DNA of 64,000 nt from NCBI RefSeq assembly GCF_036321535.1, contig NC_087436.1, positions 41,418,001-41,482,000 of the forward strand, in the 5' to 3' direction. Below are positions 39,816-49,620 of this stretch, piece after piece (positions within the stretch are counted from its first letter, which is position 1; the number at the start of each line of letters is the position of its first letter). The DNA is from Camelus dromedarius. Lineage: Eukaryota. The notes under the pieces were generated by a model. It worked only from the letters and a program-made list of their open reading frames with translations, was not told the origin of the DNA and did not search any database. The position numbers were made by a program, and so were the translations under genes.

Positions 39816-41587
39816 ACAGTCATAATAGTACAAGTAATTCTATCTTGCACATACAACTTTTGTAACAACAAAAAATGAGTTCCCATGTGTTTAATTCACA
39901 GTCATAAACAGAAGTTATTCATTTTCCAAACCTCTCCTATCAGATTTTCGCTCATTATACCAATTGTAGTATTCTTCTTGCTTCTTTTTAACTGAGGGAT
40001 CAATACAAAAGCTCTCCAAATTAAAAATTAGTCAGACAAAACTTTCACATACATATTTTATTAAGAAAATTATTTTTAATTGTTTTACATCTTGGGACAT
40101 AGTATTACATGTAGAGAGGAGAAGGGATTTGGATTTGGGAAGCATCTATTTGGAGAAAGCAAGGATATAGATCTTGGTTTGCTCAAGCAGAGACCATGCC
40201 ACACCCTTGGAGAGCTTGCTAGGTGATCCCTGTTGTTGTGGCAAAGTGTAGACTGTGATCCCAAAAGTAACTGCTTTAGCGACAGAGCCAGGAAAATGCT
40301 TATAACCTAGAAAGAATCAAGGACATCCCCAAATTATAGTAAAGTCAATATTATAATTCAAATATCCTAAATATATCAGGCCAGCATTACTCTATGCAAA
40401 GTAGTGTTTATTCTCCTATGCTAAAATAAATTACACAAGCATTAGAAAACTACATTGGAATATTGTTTACATCTCTGTGGATAAATGGTTTATTTTTAAT
40501 AAGGGACATGGAGGATTAGTGAAGACATATTGGCAATTTTGATAGACACAGCACACACGTGCATACACACACTTTCAAATAATTAAATGGCTCTGTGAGA
40601 CAGCCTTTAACAGTATTAATCAGAACGCCAGGATAAATTTCTTCATATCCATCATTATTCCCTTTACAAACCTGGCACAATGGACCATAACCTTGAGTGT
40701 ATGAATAAGATTAAAAATAAAAAGATGCAAAGGATTATTGCCATTGCAGGAAAGCTGACTGCACATCCCTTATGTTAAAAAAAAAAGTGCTTGCACATTT
40801 TCAGAGTATTAGCAAGGTGACTGAGGTTTTAAATTTTTTGTTCTTTACTGTATGTCAAGTATATGCTAATGGGAACACAAGGACAGACCATAACAACTAT
40901 TTCAACTCAGCGTAAAAGCATTATAGTACAAAAATTACAGTCTAACCATGTACTTGGTTTTTCCTTGATACACTCTTTGTTTATTAAGCATGCGTATTTC
41001 CTTAGGAAAAGCCAGGAATAGGAGGGAATTCAACTGATCAATTTATACAGTGGATACGCAGAGGCCAAATATATGCCTTTAAGATAGAGCAAATACAAAG
41101 GTGTGCCTCTGTGAATAAAAGGATCGTTTGAATTGTTGAAATTTCTATCTTTACCTTTTGTTAGAAAATATGTGCATTAGCTAATGAATTAAATATATAA
41201 TTTAAATTATCAGTAGTCCCATGATTATAAAAGAATATAATTCAGAGACTTAAGAGTGCAGGTAACTCTTTTATAAATTTAATAAAATACCTAAAAGAAC
41301 AGTTAGTATTTTTGTCAATCATCCATAATATGAAATCATCAGACTTTAGTGGCAGAGCCAAGAAAGTGCTTATAACCTAGAAAAAATCAAGGACATCTCC
41401 AAATAGAGGATATATTCAAATCAGCCCTTCTCAATGGGGTTCTGTAAGAGATTTAAGCCCTTAAAACCCAAAAGCATCCATTGAATGTAATTGATTAATT
41501 TATCTCCTGGACATATAGAACTGTACTAACTCTGAACCATCCTTGGGACAGTTTAGAAAATAATCTTTAAAAGCATTTTTTAGTTAG

Positions 41588-41865
41588 ATAAATAAGTTCT
41601 GGAGCTCTAATCTACTGCATGGTGACTATAATTAACAATATTCTATATTTCAATACTTTAAAGTTGCTAAGAGAGTTAATCTTTAATGTTCACACCATAC
41701 ACACACATAAAGAAGTTAATTATGTGAGATGGTGGATGTGTTAACACATATATAACTAACTTTATTGTGATAATCATTTCACAATATATATCTACACCAA
41801 GTCATTACCTTGTACACCCTAGGTTTACACAGTGTTATTTGTAATTTATATTTCAACAAATCTGG
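41588..41865 (+). mobile_element. L1MA-type 3' end fragment without poly(A)
   Basis: ATAAGTTCTGGAGCTCTAAT...AAAGTTGCTAAGAGAG...TATTGTGATAATCATTTCACAATATATAT...ATTTCAACAAATCTGG. Confidence 0.85.
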
Positions 41866-41983
41866 TGACAGCTTTAGTGGCCATGATGTTAGTGGTAGAT
41901 AATGCTGGTAATGCTTGGGAGGTATCCTGCAGGATCCCAGGCACTCAGGCATGGCCTTGTCTAAGGAGAAGGGAGTCACATGC

Positions 41984-42381
41984 CAGATTTCAGATTCTGT
42001 CAAAGCACAAGGTTGATGATCTCCAACCTCAGAGGTTAGTGACTTGGGATGTAGTTGTTTGCAGCATCTTCCTTTCCACAAAGGAACTTCGCTGAGTGGA
42101 AGAGTGAATGGTACTTCCCTGTACGAATCCCATCTAATGACAGTTGGTTCCAGGTTCATGAAACATGCTCTGGGCTCTTGCTTCCTAGATCTTATCTCAC
42201 AAAATAAGCTATTGAAAGATGCTTTCATATACTCTATGTTTGCATTTTCCAACTGATCCTTTTTACTATCAAGAATGATGCCATCTGGCTGGATTCCATG
42301 CTCTAGGCAATAGAATTCCCAACGGATATCCCCAATCTGGATCCCAGCTTGGCCAGTGTGAATGGAAAGACAGTCCCTCAT
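41984..42381 (-). pseudogene. TUBAL3: Retrocopy (semi-processed pseudogene) of tubulin alpha-like 3, exons 1-3 only
   Basis: MRDCLSIHTGQAGIQIGD..WEFYCLEHGIQPDG..LD..KDQLENA...LEPTVI is 82 aa versus 75 aa in canonical alpha-tubulins and carries the TUBAL3-type DQLENA loop. A +1 frameshift at about 42135 is followed by [28 protein letters not shown]. Stops at 42036-42038 and 42000-42002. No intron after the ATG or at TVI/D. Confidence 0.88.
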
Positions 42382-42667
42382 ACTGAGGTGGTAATCACTA
42401 TTGAAATCATTACAGGGTTTAATTCTCCTTTCCTACTGAAATTCTCTTATCTAAGAAATTAAATCACTTTATATATATATCAAAATATCATCAAGACATA
42501 TTTTTAACTTTTTTTATTTCAGGATACATTTGATTTCTTTTATTTTCAGGTATTAGAAATTGGATTGCTCACATGTCTGAATTACAAGTATGTAATTTGT
42601 ACAAATACAAAATTAAATTTCTATAATAAAGGCAGCTTATTGTCATAGTTATTAGATTGTTCATAAT

Positions 42668-42890
42668 ATATTAGTTTGCTAGGGTATCACAAACTAGGTG
42701 GTTGAAACAAAAGAAATTCATCTTAAGCTATGTCTCATGTGATTACGAGGGCTGGGTGTCCAAACTCAAGTTCTCAGGAGTACTGGTTCCCTCTGAAGGT
42801 TCTGAGGGAAGAATCTGTCCCAGGGTTCTCTCATTGACTTGTAGATAGCTATCTTTATGTTAACTTGCTGTTCTTCCTGTTTACATGTGT
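42668..42890 (-). mobile_element. MaLR LTR fragment (MLT1B/C-like)
   Basis: TATTAGTTTGCTAGGG...CACAAACTAGGTGG...GGTTCCCTCTGAAGGTTCTGAGGGAAGAATCTGTCCCA. Confidence 0.75.
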
Positions 42891-42936
42891 TTAAACCAAA
42901 CTTACATTTCTTGGATAAACCCCACTTATGCATGTG

Positions 42937-42940
<4 letters not shown>

Positions 42941-42976
<36 letters not shown>
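42941..42976. repeat. (CA)18 microsatellite
   Basis: Directly visible. Confidence 0.95.
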
Positions 42977-42977
<1 letters not shown>

Positions 42978-42979
42978 CT

Positions 42980-45180
42980 TGATTTGCTGAAATTTTGTTA
43001 GAATTTTTCCAGTTATGTTCATGAGAAGGTCATGATTTAGCACGGAAAGTTTATTTATCTTCATCTGATTTTGAAACAAGGATGATGTTGATCCCTAAAA
43101 TGAGTTGGGAAATTTTTCTTCTTCAATTATCTGGAAAAGTTTCTGTAAGATTGGAATTATTTCTCATTTAAATGTTGGTAAAGTTCTCCAGTAAAACCAC
43201 TTCATCCTGGATTTTAGTAATTTGTATCCTTCATAGAATTTATCCATTTTACCTAAATTGTTGTTTATTGTCATAGGTCATTCATAATAGATTTTTACTA
43301 TTCATTCAAAATTTACAGAGATTATTGCGAGGTTATCTATATCATATCTAACATTAGTAATTTTTACCTCTTTTTTTCCTGCTCTTTTTGGCTAAATGTA
43401 TATCATTTTTTGTAGTCTTCTCAAGGAACAAGATTTTAGTTCATTGTTTTTTCCTATTTTCTCTTTTGTATTTTATTGATTATTTCTGATAATTATTATT
43501 CCCTTAATTACACTTACTTGTGTTTATTTTGCTCTTCTTTTTCTACTTTTTTAAAAAGGAAGCTGAGGTAAAACTGCTTGAGACCTTTCTTCTATTTTTC
43601 AGGGGTTTTTTTTATGTCTAACATTTATATCACCTTTATTTTTGAAAGAGATTTTTTGTTTTTATTAATATGATTTGAGGTCAATAGCTATTTTGTTTTT
43701 AAGTAATTTTAAAATGCTGCTCCACTCTATTTTGGCCTGCATTTCTTATAACATAAAGTATGATGCCAATCTAATTTGTTCCCCTGCGTGTAATATGTTT
43801 ATTTCTATTTGCTGCTTTATAAATATTCTCTTTATCATTGATTTTAAGGAACCTGATTAAGATTTGCCTTCTAATTTTATTCATGTGTCTAATGTTTGGG
43901 AATGGTCAAGTATCTTGAATCTGTGAATTTCTGTTTTTCATTAACTTCAGAAAATATGTGAGTGTTATTTTTAAAAATATTTTCCTGTACCACCCCTTTC
44001 CTGGGCTCTGTTTATATTAGGCTGCTTAAAGTTGTCCCACAACTCACAACAGTGTTCATTTTTTATTTCACTATGTTTTGTCTCTGTTTTTGATTTCAGA
44101 AAATGCCTATTACTATATCTTAAAGTTTCTATCTTTTTCTTCTACAATTTCTACTCTGCTGTTAATCCCACTCAGTGAATTTTTCATCTGTGATATTATA
44201 TTTCTCATCTTTAGAAGATTTTCAGGCCATATATACATATTTTTACATATGTCTAGTATGCTCAATCCTTCCTTTGGCATTTTGAACATACGAAATACAT
44301 TAATAATCTTTTTATGTCTTTATTTCCTCATTCTATTATCTTTGTCATTTCTCAGTTTGTTTTTAATGATTGGTATTTTATTAACTATGAATTTGTGTTT
44401 TTCTGATTCTTTGCATGTGTAATAACTTTTTATTGCATGCCATTCACAATTCACGTTGTGAATTTCACTTTGTTCTGGGGCAGGGTTTAAGTTGTAATTG
44501 AAAAAAAGTTGATCCATCTGAGTCTTGCTTTTAAGTTTTGTTGGATGGAACCAAAGCAGTTGTTCATGTAGGGCTAGTTTTGCACCACTTCTAAGGAAAA
44601 TCTGTCCTGAATAGTCTTGAATTATTAGGTTTTTCCGTATGGCTGGTTGAAGCAGAAACTATTTCTGGGTTTTGTGAGACCCAGGAATCATTCCCTCTGC
44701 TTATTTCATGAGGTTCATTTCCCAGGCTCAGTTTTGTTGCATAAGTGCAGTGATTATTAGTGGCTGAATACTCCAGATTTCCATGCCTGGATCTCTCTCT
44801 TTCGCTCTCCCCACCACACCCACACACACCCTTTTTCCCTCTCTCTCTCTCTCATTTCCTTCCTTCTGTCCTTCCCTCCAAATGGCAGTCTGTTCTTCAA
44901 TACTCCAACTTGCAAACTCTAAAATTCTTGTCCTTCCAAGATTCTCAACTCCATCTCTTCAACTCAGAGAGATCACCATGTTTCCCCTCCCTCCCTGGAA
45001 CTACAAAACTTTTCCTGGCGTTTTCATAGGGTTTGTCTCATTCATTTCCCCTCTCAGGAATCATAGCACTGGCTACTTGATGTGAGATATCTGAATACTA
45101 TTTTAAAATATATTTTGACCATTTTTAAAATTACTTCAGAAAGTTAAATCTAGTCTATGTTACTCTTATCTTGACCAGAA
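42980..45180 (-). mobile_element. Old L1 (L1M) body fragments
   Basis: T-rich antisense L1 wording (TTTGCTGAAATTTTGTTAGAATTTTT...CCCTAAAATGAGTTGGGAA; CTACTCTGCTGTTAATCCCACTCAGTGAATTTTTCAT). Confidence 0.75.
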
Positions 45181-45249
45181 TCAAACGTTGCTGAATTTCT
45201 TTAGATATTCCTTAAAAAAGATATATTTTCACTTCCTGAACAACTTTTA

Positions 45250-45375
45250 TTTTGAGGGAGAGAGATGATTCGGCTTTTATTTACTTATTTATTTTTAATG
45301 GAGGTACTGGGGATTGAACCCAGGGCCTTGTGCATGCTAAGCATGCACTCTACCACTGAGCTATACCCTCCACCC
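45250..45375 (-). mobile_element. Camelid tRNA-derived SINE (Vic-1 type), full length
   Basis: Reverse complement GGAGGGTATAGCTCAGTGGTAGAGTGCATGCTTAGCATGCACAAGGCCCTGGGTTCAATCCCCAGTACCTCC with intact A and B boxes; CAACTTTTA direct repeat at 45241-45249 and 45379-45387. Confidence 0.9.
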
Positions 45376-46116
45376 AAGCAACTTTTAAGTGTACAGCCAT
45401 ACATTAATCTAAGAGAAAACTCTTTGTATTTATCTGTGCCTAGCAGCAATTCTGTCATATATTAACAATGTAATTTTTTGTAGATTTTAATAAACAGTGA
45501 TTTTTAAAGGAAAGCAAGTATCATATAAATCAAGGGAAGCTGTAATTTTGTTATATACTAGAATGTGCTCACTATTAGGGATAATCACTTCTACAGTGGC
45601 AGAGATGCCTATATATTTTTATTGCCAACACAAAACACTTATATCAGTTTTTATTTGTAGTTGCAGCATTTATGAGATTCAAAAAATATATACAGGAAAA
45701 AATTAGTCTTCATTTTACAAATGAAACTATAAGAAAAAAATGTATGAACAATATTTCAACTGATACTTCCAATAGGCTTTATAATTTTATTAACAAATAC
45801 ACAGTTACCAACATGCCTGCATTTCTATCTTTTTTTTAATTAGAGGGAAAGATTAAATATTTTGCAAGGAAATATGCTTAAAAAGTTGGAAAAGGCATAA
45901 GATCCTTCTACCATCTGAAGGATGAGGATTAGTTTTCTTCAGAATAATGTAAGATATGAAAAACAGAACTAGAAATCTTACAATATTGAAAAAAAACTTT
46001 TTCAGCTGAAGAAGGATAATTATCAGAGAAAATCTAATGAAGTAATTAATTTTATTCCATTAAGCAATGACAGTGTTAGAGAAGAATGTATAAGAGAGTG
46101 AAAGTTCTCAAATGAG

Positions 46117-46164
46117 TGTCAAATAATGTCAGCTGAGTGTCAGTTTTGTGTCAAATATGTGTCA
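46117..46164 (+). promoter_or_regulatory. Cluster of five TGTCA (TALE homeodomain core) motifs at 10-11 bp spacing
   Basis: TGTCA starts at 46117, 46127, 46138, 46149 and 46160; function inferred only. Confidence 0.3.
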
Positions 46165-48382
46165 ACTATATAATAAGCTCTAGTCAAGCAGATTTTCATT
46201 ACCAGTTGATGAAAGCATCTTGCTTGAAAAATGAAGCTTTACTGCCAGAATTTGTAATGTCCATAAGGAAGTAAAAAGTCTAAGAGGAAACATTATTTTT
46301 AATATTTGAAATACTAGAATATGTTTCAGAAACATTTAAAAAATATTTTTTCAGCAATATTTCTGTGCAGAGAAGAACCACCATTTGAATTGATCAGAAA
46401 CAGAAAAAGTAGTATCAGGTGTTTTGGCATTCCATTGCCCTCTTCATGTACAACATTTAGTATCCACAAATCTCATTGAAAAACTTCACAAGTCAAGGAA
46501 TGTTATCTATGATACTGATATCTTTAAGAACAATCCTTTGAATGATTGAGAATTTCATAATTAGTGCAGAAGACTTTAACAGGTTTTCCTATACAAAGGA
46601 ATAAAATTGCTAACTCAAGTATAATTTTAAAAATATTATATTCACTATTAAGTTTTGTTATAATAATTTTATTCTACCAACAGTAATTAAATATCCAAAG
46701 GTAGTTTAAATTGAAATGTTAAAAATAATTTAACATTTTCAGATACATGCAAAAAATTTAACCAGGTCTTCTGAATATTCAAGGAAAATGAGGAATCAGT
46801 CATATTAAGATGAAGAAAATGTCTATGGTTTTTCATAGACATGTTGTTTAAAAACAATATTAATTTTCAAGAAATTTCCAGTTTCCAGTTCTACTGCATA
46901 TATAAAGGGATATACTTACACATACTGATTTAGAACTGTGTTGTTCTTATTTGGATGCTATTAAAATTATGATTAGTTGATTTTAAGTTTTCTGTAACTT
47001 TTTGGTATAAAGCCATGGTATAGAATGTTTTGACACTCTTTATAGAAGGAGCTGGAATAAAATGTGACTTTGAGATGAAAGCAAATTTAATCTAATTGCA
47101 AAATGTTTTATACTTAAGACTAAGAAGATTTTTGAGATTTATTTGGACAGGAAATACTAAATTTGCAAAGACATATACATTGTGACAATATCGTTCAGTC
47201 TCATGAATTTTCAAAATATTTCTCATTTTTGTTATTTCTGCATATTTAAACATTTGTGGTATAATGATAAAATATTAATGTTTTGAAAATTGTGTATTGA
47301 CTCTTCTATGCGTTTTTGTGGTGTTTACTTTTTCTCCATCTTTCTCTGATACTCTCGCCAGAGTTCTCCATAAAAACTATTTTTAGCCTTTCACCCACCA
47401 CTTCCGTAAAAACGATCTATAGCTTTTCATCCACTCATTCTCCATTCCTTATCACTTATCAAACAATATGGTCCCCAGGGTCTTTTTTAACTACTAGAGG
47501 CTGCATGTGTTTCTCAGGGTAGTGTGGGGTTTCAAAACAGAGGATAGGTTTTCTGTGCTACTTCATCATTTTACCAGTGTACTTCATAACATCAAGAATT
47601 ATTTTGTCACTGAACTTATAAATAAGATCCATGTCATCTGCACAAATAGTGTACTTCATGTTCCTTCTCCAACTTGATTTCGCAGGTATTTGTTTAGTAT
47701 GTTATTGTGACTTAAATTAAGCTTATACTCTTCTTTTTCTTATTACATACAAATAAATCTGATATTTTATTACTTTTCCCAAGCAGCTATTTTCTAATGT
47801 CCACCCATACTTCTGCTTTAAAATTTTCTTGCACTTCCTGTACAAAATGCCTTTTTAAAATAAACTATTTCACTTATAAGTTGATCTAAGCAGCTGACTG
47901 CTTTATTATGTTTATCAGGATAATCATTTCTGAGAATTTAGGCATGATTGTGCTATAAATTGTTTTTCTTTTTCTCCCCTTTATATCATGACAAAATCTT
48001 CCTTTTTTAAAAAACGAAGTGAATGGGAAGATATTATTAGCAATGAATTTTAATATTATAATAGTAAAAGTCACATTAAAATTTTTTTTTTTTATCAAAA
48101 AGGCTAACTGCGTTCATTATAGTTAGGAAGCCGGGACTATGATTACTCTCATTTTGCTATCAGAACATTGCTATCTTCTTCTCAAATTGATACCTTTATG
48201 AAGGATTTTTTTATCTGAAAGCCTCTGAAGAAATAAAGTGGGGACCTCACCAGTTATATGTCTGCTTTCATGCTACCTGACATTTAATTTTATTGGCAGT
48301 AGATTTCTATCGGAAACTTTATTTTGTTATACCATGAAAACTGTTAGAGACATAGCGAGGAGAAGAAGCAAAATTCCTTTCA

Positions 48383-48684
48383 TGCTGTCTGTTCATACTG
48401 CTGTAACAAAATACCACAAACTGGGTTAGGTCATAAAAATCAGAAGGTTATTTTTCACGGTCCTAGAGGCTGAAAGTCTTAAGACAGGTGTACCAGTATG
48501 GTCGAGTAAGGGCACTCTTCTGAGTTGCCGACTTCTCATTGCGTTTTCACGGGGCAAAGAGGATAGGGATCTGCATAGGGTCCCATTCATGAGGGCCGCC
48601 CAAAGGCTCCACCTACTAGTATCATGATATTGGGCATAATGATTTCAACATATGGATTTAGAGGGAACACATTCAGACCATAGC
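48383..48684 (-). mobile_element. MaLR solo LTR (MLT1A-like)
   Basis: CTGCTGTAACAAAATACCACAAACTGGGT...GATTTCAACATATGGATTTAGAGGGAACACATTCAGACCATAGCA. Confidence 0.85.
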
Positions 48685-49439
48685 AGTTCCCATCAATTTC
48701 TAACAATCTAAGTCCACTTTTACTTATTAAAATGATATGACAGTTATTAAAAAAATGACTGAAGCCAGTCAGCAACTAGTGCCAGCTCTGAGGGGTGGTG
48801 GGACTGTGTGAGCTAATCTTGTGCTACATGGTTCTCTGTTCACTCTGGGTTCTTTGAAATCAAAGCCCAATTTAAAAACTGCTAACATCTTTAAGTTTTG
48901 TTACACTATTCTTCCTCTTCACTGGTCTTGTCTTTTTAGGGTATAAAATGTTTAAATACATAAATTGATAGTACTTACTTTCATCCTATATCCTAAAGTA
49001 CTTTGAAAATAAAATCAGGGAAAAAATGTAAAGCTTTGTGTCATTGGTGATTTTAGTCCCTGAGTAGATGTGGAAAGAAACGTATTGATGAAATATAGCA
49101 TGTGTGTAAAATGCCCTGGCCAGTTCAGGATCTCTGAGGTAAAAAGGCTACATATGCAGAAAGCATGAATAGAAATCTACAGACTTTCTTCTTGATATCA
49201 CTCTTTCAACTCATGATTCTGTCCATATACATAATTGGTGGATAACCTTCTGGAGAGTTATTTATCAATATTCATTGATTCAGTAATCTACTTTATGTAT
49301 CTCTGTGTTCCATGAGTATTTCAACTCATATGCAAGAGTGAATCATGGGTAACTAGTTATTAATATACATGCTGAAAACATATGCAGTACCAGACCTCTC
49401 CATTTCCTTAAATTGCATTCAGTCATCATTTCATTATAA

Positions 49440-49620
49440 TAGTAATATCAGTCATTTGTAATTAATTCTCATAAATGATATTATTATCCCATTTATATAG
49501 ATAAACTGAGGCACAGAAAGATTTCATAATTTACTCGGCATTACATAGCTCTGGTAAGAATGTTAACCCTGCTTATGTGGCTAAATTATTTGCTGTAAAT
49601 TGTTACACTATTCTGCCTTC
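49440..49620 (-). mobile_element. MIR
   Basis: TATTATTATCCCATTTATATAGATAAACTGAGGCACAGAAAG core. Confidence 0.75.

Noticed and set aside
41779..42381. Functional alpha-tubulin gene
   Set aside because: Frameshift, two in-frame stops, substitutions at conserved residues, and no exon 4 (about 70% of the protein).
45300..45372. tRNA-Ala-like gene (also 13430-13490)
   Set aside because: It continues into a SINE body and A-rich tail with flanking direct repeats, so it is a tRNA-derived SINE and not a tRNA gene.
49205..49350. Possible hairpin or pre-miRNA (CTCATGATTC/GAATCATGGG; ATACATAA/TTATGTAT)
   Set aside because: Only short imperfect arms with long unpaired stretches, not a continuous 60-80 nt stem; expected by chance in AT-rich DNA.
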